A stretch of 44,497 nt of DNA from Chloroflexota bacterium (GTDB lineage: Bacteria > Chloroflexota > Anaerolineae > Anaerolineales > Anaerolineaceae), in NCBI GenBank assembly GCA_021848775.1, contig JAJZTR010000001.1, forward strand, positions 1-44,497, in the 5' to 3' direction. The notes below the pieces were generated by a model. The model saw only the letters and a program-made list of their open reading frames with translations, did no database searches and was not told the origin of the DNA. Below, in pieces: positions 19,945 to 30,294 of the stretch. Both the position numbers and the translations under genes were made by a program. Numbering within the stretch: the stretch's first letter is position 1; every line of letters begins with the position of its first letter.

Positions 19945-21330
19945 ATGACAAAAACTCTCCTTGTAAAGAATGCCGTAGTTCTGGTCACAATGGATGGAAC
20001 TCGCCGGGAAATTCCCGGTGGCGGCTTGTTCATTCGAGATGGTGTTATTGAAAAGGTCGGCCCTAGCGCCGACCTTCCTGGTGAAGCGGATGAGATTTTG
20101 GATTTAACCGGGCACGTCGTACTGCCAGGGATGGTCAATACACATCATCATTTTTATCAGACGCTTACCCGGGCTGTACCTGCCGCGCAGGATGCAAACC
20201 TGTTTAACTGGTTAAAGACTCTCTACCCAATCTGGGCGCGCATGCGGCCGGATGATATCTACATATCGACGAAAACCGCTCTCGCAGAACTGGCGCTCTC
20301 CGGATGCACAACGGCTTCGGATCATTTATACCTCTTCCCAAATGGATCGCGCTTGGACGATGAAATCGCCGCGGCGCATGACATGGGCATGCGCATCCAT
20401 GCCTCGCGCGGTTCCATGAGCCTGGGTGAGAGTCAGGGAGGGCTGCCACCGGACAGCGTGGTCGATTCTGAAGAAGATATCCTGCGCGACAGTGTGCGAT
20501 TAATCGAGACTTACCATGATCCAAAGCCCGGATCGATGGTCCAGATCGTTTTGGCTCCCTGTTCCCCTTTCAGTGTGACCGGTGAGTTGATGAAACAGAG
20601 CGCTGCACTGGCTCGACAGTATGGGGTGCAGCTGCATACACACCTGGCTGAAACCCAGGATGAAGAAGAATTCTGCCTGCAGCGTTTTGGTTACCGGCCG
20701 ATCGCTTATATGGAAACGCTGGATTGGCTGGGCTCAGATGTATGGTTTGCTCATGCGGTGCATATTGACACCCCTGAGATCGGTGTTTTCGCACACCACG
20801 GCTGCGGGGTGGCTCACTGCCCATCTTCCAATATGCGCCTTGCTTCCGGAATTGCACCTTTGAATGAATATATTCGGGCAGGTGTCAAAGTCGGTTTGGG
20901 AGTGGACGGTTCCGCCAGTAATGATGGATCCAATATGCTGGCTGAAGCCCGTCAGGCGATGCTGCTGGCAAGGCTGGGCGCTGGTCTGGCAGGAGCCTCG
21001 CTTTCGACAGAAGATGCTCCTCCGCTGCTTACCGGGCGGCAGGCACTTGAGTTGGCGACCATCGGCGGCGCTAAAGTCCTCGGGCGCACAGATATTGGTT
21101 CACTTGAGGCCGGAAAATGTGCCGATTTTATCGCATATGACCTGAATCGGTTGGAGACCTCCGGCGCTTTGCATGACCCGGTAGCTGCGCTGGTTTTCTG
21201 CCAACCTCATAACACGGACTATACCGTGGTCGGTGGAAAGTATATTGTGAAGCAAGGTATGTTGGTAACCCTGGATTTAAATCACCAAATTGAAATTCAT
21301 AATCAAGCCGCGGCTCGACTAGTCCAATGA
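19945..21330 (+). CDS. 8-oxoguanine deaminase-like amidohydrolase (AtzB/SsnA superfamily)
   Basis: PGMVNTHHHFYQTLTRA, APCSPFSV, HTHLAET, HCPSSNMRLASG and GLGVDGSASND. Confidence 0.85.
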   Translation: MTKTLLVKNAVVLVTMDGTRREIPGGGLFIRDGVIEKVGPSADLPGEADEILDLTGHVVLPGMVNTHHHFYQTLTRAVPAAQDANLFNWLKTLYPIWARMRPDDIYISTKTALAELALSGCTTASDHLYLFPNGSRLDDEIAAAHDMGMRIHASRGSMSLGESQGGLPPDSVVDSEEDILRDSVRLIETYHDPKPGSMVQIVLAPCSPFSVTGELMKQSAALARQYGVQLHTHLAETQDEEEFCLQRFGYRPIAYMETLDWLGSDVWFAHAVHIDTPEIGVFAHHGCGVAHCPSSNMRLASGIAPLNEYIRAGVKVGLGVDGSASNDGSNMLAEARQAMLLARLGAGLAGASLSTEDAPPLLTGRQALELATIGGAKVLGRTDIGSLEAGKCADFIAYDLNRLETSGALHDPVAALVFCQPHNTDYTVVGGKYIVKQGMLVTLDLNHQIEIHNQAAARLVQ

Positions 21331-21386
21331 AATTAAGCTGCAGCCTGTCCATGATCAACAGGTTGTTTTCTACCTCTGGAGGTTGA

Positions 21387-23183
21387 ATGAGCTCTAAATT
21401 CAATGGTGAAACTACCCAATACCTGGTAGACTGCGCCATGGGCCGGCAGCCTGCTGATCTGGTTATTCGCAACGGAAGATGGGTTTGCGTACAGACGGGT
21501 GAAATTATTCGCAACACGGATATCGCCATCATCCACGGCCGTATTGCGTATGTCGGACCGGATTCCAGCCACACAATTGGACCCCATACCCGGCTTATCG
21601 ATGCCAATGACCGCTACCTTGTGCCCGGATTGATGGATGGGCATATGCATGTCGAATCGGGCATGTTAACGGTGACTGAGTTCGTCCGCACCGTGGCGCC
21701 GCATGGTACTACAGCCATGTTCATCGATCCCCATGAGATCGCCAATATTTTTGGTCTCAAGGGGGTCAGGCTGATGGTCGATGAAGCCGCCGATCAACCC
21801 ATTCATGTGTTCGTCCAGGCACCCTCCTGTGTCCCATCAGCGCCGGGATTCGAGACGCCAGGCGCCAGTATCGGCCCTGAGGATGTGGCTGAAGCGATGT
21901 CCTGGCCGGGAATCATCGGTCTGGGTGAAATGATGAACTTCCCGGGCGTGATCAACAGCCTTGAAGCCGTTCATGCTGAAATGGCCGTGACCCGCCGGGC
22001 AGGCAAGGTGATCGGCGGGCATTACGCATCGCCCGATATGGGTTTGCCGTTTCATGGGTATGCCGCCGGTGGCGCTGAAGACGACCATGAGGGAACCACA
22101 GTCAATGATGCGGTTCAGCGTGCGCGGCAGGGCATGAAGGTGATGATGCGGTATGGTTCTGCCTGGCACGATGTTGCTATGCTGGTGAAGGCAGTTACAG
22201 AGAACGGGCTCGACCCGCGGCGATTTATTCTCTGCACCGATGATTCGCACTCAGCGACTCTGGTTGAAGAGGGTCACATGGATCGGGTAATCAGGCATGC
22301 TGTTACCCAAGGCTTGAATCCAATGACAGCCATTCAAATGGCTACCATCAACACCGCTGAACATTTCGGCGTGAGCCGCGACATGGGGATGATTGCCCCT
22401 GGGAGATACGGCGATGTGGTGCTGGTGCGTAATCTGGCGAATTTCACTGCTGATATGGTGATTGCCCGTGGCGAGGTAGTTGCTGAGGACGGAAAATTGA
22501 CTGTCTCTTTACCCTCATATTCCTACCCGGAATGGGTCTTGAAATCAGTTAATTTACCGCGCCCTGTAAGCGCGGAGGATTTTGTGTTGAAGGCTGGTGC
22601 CGCGAAAAATGGCAAAGTAACAGCCAACGTGATTGGCGTGATAGAGAACCAGGCGCCTAACCGGCATTTGCGTTTCGAAATGGTGGTCGATGACGGACAG
22701 GTGGATGTAGACCTGGAACGCGATATCATACAAATTGCCCTGGTCGAACGGCATCAGGGCAGCGGACGGATACAATTGGGCCTGATTCATGGATTCAACC
22801 TGGCGCCAAATTGTGCGATTGCGACCACGGTTGCCCATGACAGCCACCACCTGATCGTTGTCGGCACGGACCGGACGATGATGGCTTTAGCAGTGAATGA
22901 ACTGGCTGCCAGTCAAGGCGGGCAGATTGTCATCAAGGATGGTCGAGTGATCGGGCAGGTCAAACTGCCGATTGCAGGATTGATGTCCAATCAACATGCA
23001 GAAGAGGTGGCTGCGGAGGCAGCAACCGTACTGCGAGGGTTCGCTGAATGCGGCTGCCCGTTGAATAATCCCAATATGCAGCTTAGTTTGATGGCTTTAG
23101 TAGTTATTCCAGAGTTGCGGATATCGGACCTGGGAGTAGTTGATGTTAACCGGTTTGAATTTATTCCGGTAATAGAAGAATGA
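21387..23183 (+). CDS. ade: Adenine deaminase
   Basis: 598 aa; DGHMHVES, DPHEIAN, PSCVP, GLGEMMN, DHE, CTDD, C-terminal VAHDSHH and LPIAGLMS. Confidence 0.93.
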   Translation: MSSKFNGETTQYLVDCAMGRQPADLVIRNGRWVCVQTGEIIRNTDIAIIHGRIAYVGPDSSHTIGPHTRLIDANDRYLVPGLMDGHMHVESGMLTVTEFVRTVAPHGTTAMFIDPHEIANIFGLKGVRLMVDEAADQPIHVFVQAPSCVPSAPGFETPGASIGPEDVAEAMSWPGIIGLGEMMNFPGVINSLEAVHAEMAVTRRAGKVIGGHYASPDMGLPFHGYAAGGAEDDHEGTTVNDAVQRARQGMKVMMRYGSAWHDVAMLVKAVTENGLDPRRFILCTDDSHSATLVEEGHMDRVIRHAVTQGLNPMTAIQMATINTAEHFGVSRDMGMIAPGRYGDVVLVRNLANFTADMVIARGEVVAEDGKLTVSLPSYSYPEWVLKSVNLPRPVSAEDFVLKAGAAKNGKVTANVIGVIENQAPNRHLRFEMVVDDGQVDVDLERDIIQIALVERHQGSGRIQLGLIHGFNLAPNCAIATTVAHDSHHLIVVGTDRTMMALAVNELAASQGGQIVIKDGRVIGQVKLPIAGLMSNQHAEEVAAEAATVLRGFAECGCPLNNPNMQLSLMALVVIPELRISDLGVVDVNRFEFIPVIEE

Positions 23184-23199
23184 TGGAGAAAATTGTTCC

Positions 23200-23946
23200 A
23201 TGTCGGATAGCATGCATCCTTACCAGCGTTTACAAATAGAACTCGCAGAATTGATTGAAAAAACACCGCCAGGTGAACGACTCTTGTCTGAACCGATGCT
23301 GGCGCAGCAGCTTCATGTGTCCAGGGCCACCCTTCGTGAAGCAATGCGCGCATTCGAGGGGCAGGGCTTAATTCGGCGGCGGCAGGGTATTGGCACTTTT
23401 GTTGTGGGACGGGCTACAGTTATCGAGAGTGGTTTGGAAGTCCTGCAAAGTATTGAGACCATGGCTGACAGCATCAATTTAAAAGTCACCATGGGGGCGC
23501 TCCATATCAACCAGATCGAATCGGATGAAAAACTCGCGAATGGATTGAAAGTGGAGGTTAATACTCCGCTGATCAAAGTGGAACGCGTAATACTGGGCGA
23601 TAACCGGCCGGTAGCGTTTCTGGTGGATATTCTGCCGGAAAACGTCTTAACGCCTGCCGAGTTGGAGGTTGGCTTTAATGGTTCAGTTCTCGATTTGTTG
23701 TTGCAGCGCGGGTCTCCCAACCTGCTGAAGTCGTATACAGAAATTAACGCAGTCGCTGCCCCTACCGATATTGCCCGGGCGCTTGAAATTCAGCGTGGAG
23801 ATGTTCTGCTTATGTTCCAGGCGTATTTATACGATGATTTAGGGCGCGCAGTGAATTTTTCTAAAAGTTATTTCATCCCGGGGTATTTCCGATTTCATGT
23901 CGTCCGCAAGGTTGGACCCATGGCAGTCTCCAGATCGGATGATTAA
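23200..23946 (+). CDS. GntR-family (HutC/UTRA-type) transcriptional regulator
   Basis: wHTH ERLLSEPMLAQQLHVSRATLREAM...RRQGIGTFV followed by a UTRA-sized C-terminal domain. Confidence 0.9.
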   Translation: MSDSMHPYQRLQIELAELIEKTPPGERLLSEPMLAQQLHVSRATLREAMRAFEGQGLIRRRQGIGTFVVGRATVIESGLEVLQSIETMADSINLKVTMGALHINQIESDEKLANGLKVEVNTPLIKVERVILGDNRPVAFLVDILPENVLTPAELEVGFNGSVLDLLLQRGSPNLLKSYTEINAVAAPTDIARALEIQRGDVLLMFQAYLYDDLGRAVNFSKSYFIPGYFRFHVVRKVGPMAVSRSDD

Positions 23947-24104
23947 CGAGGAGGAGTATCGATATTAATCAGCCATTTATCCTAACCTGATCATGTTACA
24001 GCAATGAGGATGGATTTCTTCTGTTGAACCAGCAAGCACAAAGAAACCCGGAGTAATACAGATAATCGAATCCAAGTTACACCTATGTCTTTGGAGGAAT
24101 TAAA

Positions 24105-25058
24105 ATGCGTAGTTTTTCAGGACGTGACATCCTCTCACTCAAAGAATTCGAACGGCAGGAGTTCCATCATATATTTGAGGTCGCCCGCAAAATGGAAGAC
24201 ATTGCCCGCGAGCGGAAAAATGTGAATTTATGCGCAGACAAGACGTTGGTGACGGCTTTCTACCAGCCCAGCACGCGCACCCGGCTGGCACACGAAGCAG
24301 CCATGCACCGCCTGGGTGGGCATGTGACCGGTTTCGCGGATGCCAAGATGACCCGCGCTGGCGACTTTTATCAGGAATCGATCAAAGACACAGTCAAAAT
24401 GCTGGAATTCTACGGCGACGTGATTGTCATGCGCCATTTCCAGCAGGGTGCTCCGCATGAAGCGGCAAAATGGGCATCCATTCCGATCATCAACGGAGGC
24501 GACGGCTGGGGCGAACACCCTACGCAAATTCTCACCGATTTATATACTGTTCTGCGCGAGAAGGGTAGAATCGACGGTTTGAAATGGTTGGCGGTTGGGG
24601 ACATGCGGATGCGCACCATGCATTCTCTGGCTTATGCGCTGACCCAATATGATTGTCCGATCACCTTTGTCGCGCCACCTGATATGTCGCTGCTGCCCGA
24701 GTTCAAGGAAGAACTTAAGAATTACAACCTCAACTTCCGCGAAGCTGATCATGTAGAACAGGCGATTGCTGAGGCGGACGTGATTCTGGTCGAGCCAGTC
24801 GTCCAGCCGGATTACACCAAGGAGCGAGACGAACGCAAGGGTGATGCCGGCAGGACACCCGCGAACTACAAGATTACGCGCGAGCTGTTGGCGACCAAAG
24901 CCAAATCCGACGCCATCCTGCTGCATTCTCTCCCCCGCATGGATGAGATCCCAACCGATGTGGATATCACCCGCTGGTCGCGCTACTGGCAGGAAGCTGC
25001 CAATGGAGTCGTGATGCGTATGGCGCTGATCGCGCTCGTATTGGGTAAAGTTGAGTAA
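24105..25058 (+). CDS. ATCase-like carbamoyltransferase with altered amino-acid site
   Basis: FYQPSTRT, VMRH, NGGDGWGEHPTQ, GDMRMRTMHS and HSLPR; the ATCase TRxQxER motif is replaced by EPVVQPDY. Confidence 0.85.
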   Translation: MRSFSGRDILSLKEFERQEFHHIFEVARKMEDIARERKNVNLCADKTLVTAFYQPSTRTRLAHEAAMHRLGGHVTGFADAKMTRAGDFYQESIKDTVKMLEFYGDVIVMRHFQQGAPHEAAKWASIPIINGGDGWGEHPTQILTDLYTVLREKGRIDGLKWLAVGDMRMRTMHSLAYALTQYDCPITFVAPPDMSLLPEFKEELKNYNLNFREADHVEQAIAEADVILVEPVVQPDYTKERDERKGDAGRTPANYKITRELLATKAKSDAILLHSLPRMDEIPTDVDITRWSRYWQEAANGVVMRMALIALVLGKVE

Positions 25059-25118
25059 ACCGAAGATCATTTACAACCTGTAAAGGTTCTAAATCACAAT
25101 TTTTCCGGAGGATAAAAT

Positions 25119-26099
<981 letters not shown>

Positions 26100-26143
26100 A
26101 ATAGATTTCAATGTTTACTAAATTTTGGAGAGGATGAATTTAT

Positions 26144-27100
26144 ATGGCACGTAAAGGTGTAGCTGTTGTAGCAATTGGCGGGAACTCCTTAATCAAGGAC
26201 AAGAATCACCAATCGGTGGAAGATCAATACCTTGCAGCGAAAGAGACCACCAAGCACATTGCTGACATGATCGAAGACGGCTGGGATGTGGCCATTGGTC
26301 ATGGAAATGGCCCTCAGGTCGGTTTTATTCTGCGCCGGTCCGAAATTGCCGCCCAGGTGGAAGGTATGCATGAAGTCCCGCTTGATGTATGCGGTGCTGA
26401 TTCGCAAGGTGCGATTGGTTACGCGCTCCAGCAGAATCTTCAGAATGAACTCCGCCGCCGCGGCGTCAAGAAATCGGTTGCAACTGTTGTCACACAGGTC
26501 CTGGTAGACCGAAACGACAACGCCTTTGTGAACCCGACCAAACCGATTGGCAGTTTCATGGAAGAACCTGAAGCCAAACGGCGCGAGACAGAGATGGGCT
26601 GGAACATGGTCGAGGATTCCGGCCGAGGTTGGAGGCGGGTTGTAGCCTCACCGATTCCCCAGGAAGTGGTTGAAATTGATGCAGTGCGGGAATTGATTGA
26701 GGCTGGCACAATCGTTATCACTGTTGGCGGTGGAGGTATCCCGGTCGTCCGTGAAGCGAATGGCGACATTATCGGTACGGCAGCGGTGATCGACAAAGAC
26801 TATGCTTCCAGCCTGCTTGCCCGCTTGATCAACGCGGATGTCTTTGTCATTTCAACTGCGGTTGAAAAGGTGGCTCTTAATTACGGCAAGCCTGACCAGA
26901 AATGGCTCGATAAATTGACGGTTGCCGAAGCTAAAGCCTACCTGGCTGAAGGAAGCCATTTTGCCAAGGGGTCGATGGCGCCCAAGATTCAGGCGATTAT
27001 CTGGTTCATGGAAAATGGCGGCAAAAAAGCCATCATTACCAATCCAGAGAATATTGGACGTGCAATGCGTGGTGAAACGGGCACGCTGATCGTACCTTAA
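26144..27100 (+). CDS. arcC: Carbamate kinase
   Basis: VAIGGNSL, HGNGPQVG, PTKPIG, GWRRVVASP, GGGGIPV, AVIDKD and GSMAPK. Confidence 0.96.
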   Translation: MARKGVAVVAIGGNSLIKDKNHQSVEDQYLAAKETTKHIADMIEDGWDVAIGHGNGPQVGFILRRSEIAAQVEGMHEVPLDVCGADSQGAIGYALQQNLQNELRRRGVKKSVATVVTQVLVDRNDNAFVNPTKPIGSFMEEPEAKRRETEMGWNMVEDSGRGWRRVVASPIPQEVVEIDAVRELIEAGTIVITVGGGGIPVVREANGDIIGTAAVIDKDYASSLLARLINADVFVISTAVEKVALNYGKPDQKWLDKLTVAEAKAYLAEGSHFAKGSMAPKIQAIIWFMENGGKKAIITNPENIGRAMRGETGTLIVP

Positions 27101-27121
27101 GTTGATCGACGCGATTTAAAG

Positions 27122-27152
27122 TGGGACTGCCAGGTTAGCACCGGCAGTCCCA
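27122..27152 (+). other. Strong hairpin after arcC (mRNA stabiliser or partial terminator)
   Basis: TGGGACTGCC-11 nt-GGCAGTCCCA perfect 10-bp stem with no U-tract. Confidence 0.6.
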
Positions 27153-27374
27153 GCAAGTGAATTTTCCCAAAGAGCATGTAAAAATAAAATAACCTGGTTT
27201 GCCTGCTGGTCAGGATCTTCAAATTAATCCAATAGGAGAACCGGGTAGTTGTCAACAAGCGGTGGAAGGAGGTGGTCGGCACAGACCTAATCGGTCATTT
27301 CGTTTTAGGCACACCATAGACCTCTATGATGATCCATTGAATAAACCTTTTCGCAAACAGATTTTGGAGGAGAC

Positions 27375-28634
27375 ATGAAACGATTGTGGTTGTTCGTAAG
27401 TTTGTTGGTTCTGGCTGCCATGTTATTGGCTGCCTGTCAACCTGCCGCACCCGAAGTCACCGAAGCGCCTGAAGTGAGCCCCACCGATGTTGTGGCTGAA
27501 CCGACAGCAGTACCAGAAGCAGAAGAATTCATCTTCGGTATGTTACTGGTCGGCCCCTACAATGACCATGGTTACAGCCAGGCTCATTATGAAGGCGGCT
27601 TGTATGTTGAAGAGAACCTGCCCGGCGCCAAGATGATCTATATAGACAAGGTCAACTCCGCCGACCGCCCTGGCACGACCCCGGCTCAGTTAGCGGAGGA
27701 CCTGGTGTCCAAAGGTGCACAATTAATCATCTTCAACTCCGATGACATGAAAGACTCGGCTGTTGAATTTGCCCAGGCTCACCCGGATGTCCCGACCATT
27801 CATGCATCCGGTGATACCTCGTGGACCGATGGGAAGAACTACATCGACTTGCCCTTGTTCGGCAACTCGTTTGGCCGCATGGAATATGGCAAGATGATTG
27901 CGGGATGTTCTGCAGCCCTGACGACCCAATCGGGTCAAATTGGCTACCTTGGACCCCTAATCAACGACGAGACTCGCCGCCTGGCCTCTTCGGCTTACCT
28001 GGGCGCCAAGTACTGCTACGAAAAATATGCCGGCAAGGATCCTGCCGACCTGAGTTTCAAGGTCACCTGGATAGGATTCTGGTTCAATATCCCCGGATTT
28101 ACCTCTGACCCAACTCAGGTTGCGGATGACTTCCTCAACAGTGGATACGATGTGATTATTTCCGGTATCGATACCACGGAAGGCTTGGTTCAGGCTGGTA
28201 AAGCCCGCGAAGCTGGCAAGGATGCCTGGTCAGTGCCGTATGACTACGTTGCCGCTTGCGAGGAAGGCAAAGAAGTCTGTTTGGGAGTTCCGTACTTTAA
28301 CTGGGGTCCTGTCTACCTGAAACAGGCCCAGGCCACCAAGGATGGTACGTTTGCTTCGTACTTCGAATGGCTTGCTCCTGACTGGACAGATATCAACAAT
28401 CATGACACCAGCCCGGTTGGCTTCATGAAAGGTGAGGGATTGTCGGAAGAAGCCAGCGCCAGCCTCGAACTGTTTGTTGCCGAGTTGGCAGGCGGCTTGA
28501 ATCTGTGGACCGGACCGCTCAACCTGCAAGACGGCTCAGCCTATCTTGCCGAGGGTGAGGTTGCTACGGATGTCCAGGTCTGGTACTTACCGCAATTACT
28601 CGAGGGCATGGAAGGTCAAAGCGTCAGCGAGTAA
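27375..28634 (+). CDS. BMP/PnrA-family ABC transporter substrate-binding lipoprotein (nucleoside/purine class)
   Basis: Lipobox LLAAC, Pro/Glu/Thr linker, GPYNDHGYSQAHYEG, WIGFWF and NWGPVY; SD GGAGG. Confidence 0.88.
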   Translation: MKRLWLFVSLLVLAAMLLAACQPAAPEVTEAPEVSPTDVVAEPTAVPEAEEFIFGMLLVGPYNDHGYSQAHYEGGLYVEENLPGAKMIYIDKVNSADRPGTTPAQLAEDLVSKGAQLIIFNSDDMKDSAVEFAQAHPDVPTIHASGDTSWTDGKNYIDLPLFGNSFGRMEYGKMIAGCSAALTTQSGQIGYLGPLINDETRRLASSAYLGAKYCYEKYAGKDPADLSFKVTWIGFWFNIPGFTSDPTQVADDFLNSGYDVIISGIDTTEGLVQAGKAREAGKDAWSVPYDYVAACEEGKEVCLGVPYFNWGPVYLKQAQATKDGTFASYFEWLAPDWTDINNHDTSPVGFMKGEGLSEEASASLELFVAELAGGLNLWTGPLNLQDGSAYLAEGEVATDVQVWYLPQLLEGMEGQSVSE

Positions 28635-28681
28635 TTCATAGAGATACGAAGGCTTGAAAAGTATCTCATCGTCTAAATTCA

Positions 28682-28712
28682 TGGAGGGGCGGACCGTAAA
28701 ATCGCCCCTCCA
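28682..28712 (+). other. Hairpin downstream of the binding-protein gene
   Basis: TGGAGGGGCG...CGCCCCTCCA 10-bp stem with no U-tract; a typical position for a stoichiometry-setting stem-loop. Confidence 0.6.
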
Positions 28713-28830
28713 AAGTAACACCTGCATGGCTCCGGAATTGGAAATTAATTCCAATCCTAAAGTTTGTTAGAAGTTCCTTTGCCGGGGCCAGAATGCGGAT
28801 ATCGATTCTGCCAGTAAATAAGAGACTTGC

Positions 28831-30294
28831 ATGAATGTAGAACTCGTAAAAATTCATAAATATTTTGGGGCGGTTCACGCCAACAATGACATTTCTTTAT
28901 CCGTTGAATCTGGAGAAATTCAAGGAATTCTGGGTGAAAATGGCGCCGGCAAAAGCACCTTGATGAAAATTCTTTCAGGGTATATTCATGCCGATGAAGG
29001 TGTAATTTTATTGGATGGAAAACCTGTCCAAATCCAATCTCCTTCGGATGCCATAAAACATGGTATCGGCATGCTGCATCAAGACCCACTCGATTTTCCC
29101 CCCATGCGAATCGTTGATAATATGCTGGTTGGTCATGAGGGCGGGCTCTTTCCAAACAAACGAGAAGTTGTCAAGGCATTGCAGGAATTACAACGGCAGT
29201 TTGACTTTAATCTGGACCCAGAGGCTTATGTTGATAGTTTAACCGTTGGAGAAAGGCAGCAACTGGAAATATTACGTTTGCTCTGGTTGGGGGCACGGGT
29301 TTTGATTCTCGATGAACCAACCACTGGAATCAGCGCATCGCAAAAAGTGAAATTATTCGAAACGCTTAAAAAATTGGCCAAGCAGGGGATGTCCATCATA
29401 TTTGTTTCGCACAAATTGGAGGATGTAGAAGGGTTATGCCATAAGGTCGCAGTTTTCCGCCAGGGAGAATTGGTTGGAAGTGCTTTACCACCCTACGTGA
29501 CGGATAACCTGGTTGAAATGATGTTCGGGAGGGTGGTTACCCTGGAAGAAAAGATCTTCCATGGTTGCGACGAACCAGCGGTCGAAGTTAAAAGTTTGTC
29601 GATAGAAGATTACCGCATTCAAATTCGTGATGTTAATCTGACCATAAACCATGGCGAAGTGATCGGTCTGGCTGGAATGGAGGGTTCCGGGCAGCGCCAT
29701 TTCTTGCGAACTCTTGGCGGGCTGATGCGGCCGGTGGGTGGTGAAATACAGCTTCGCGGTAGACGTTTGAGCGGCAAGCCTTACAGGGACTTCCTCGATG
29801 CAGGAGTATCTTACGTTCCCGCCTCCCGTATGGAAGAAGGGCTGATACCCGGGTTGTCGTTGACCGAGCATTTTATTCTGAGCGGAGAGCAAAATAGCTT
29901 TTTCGTCGATCGCGATCAAGCGGTCGTGGTCAGCCAGGAACGCATCCAGGACTTTAATATCAAAGGAATCCCCACAAGCACGGTGGAGTCCCTTTCCGGC
30001 GGCAATCAACAGCGGGCGCTTCTCGCCATGTTGCGCAATCCAGTGGACCTCCTGCTGCTCGAACATCCAACCCGCGGCCTGGATATCGAATCGGCAATTT
30101 GGATTTGGGGCAAGCTAAAGGACCGCTGTAAGCAAAAGACCAGTATCGTTTTTATCTCGTCTGATCTGGAAGAAATCCTACATTACAGCGACCGGATATT
30201 GGTTTTCTATAATGGCAAAGTTTCCCAGCCATTGGATGCAGCGACCACCACGGTAGATCAACTTGGCCAGTTAATTGGCGGGAAAGGTTTCTAG
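28831..30294 (+). CDS. ABC transporter ATP-binding protein (CUT2, two NBDs)
   Basis: GENGAGKST, ILDEPT, SHKL, LSGGNQQ, HPTRGLD and ISSDLEEI. Confidence 0.93.
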   Translation: MNVELVKIHKYFGAVHANNDISLSVESGEIQGILGENGAGKSTLMKILSGYIHADEGVILLDGKPVQIQSPSDAIKHGIGMLHQDPLDFPPMRIVDNMLVGHEGGLFPNKREVVKALQELQRQFDFNLDPEAYVDSLTVGERQQLEILRLLWLGARVLILDEPTTGISASQKVKLFETLKKLAKQGMSIIFVSHKLEDVEGLCHKVAVFRQGELVGSALPPYVTDNLVEMMFGRVVTLEEKIFHGCDEPAVEVKSLSIEDYRIQIRDVNLTINHGEVIGLAGMEGSGQRHFLRTLGGLMRPVGGEIQLRGRRLSGKPYRDFLDAGVSYVPASRMEEGLIPGLSLTEHFILSGEQNSFFVDRDQAVVVSQERIQDFNIKGIPTSTVESLSGGNQQRALLAMLRNPVDLLLLEHPTRGLDIESAIWIWGKLKDRCKQKTSIVFISSDLEEILHYSDRILVFYNGKVSQPLDAATTTVDQLGQLIGGKGF

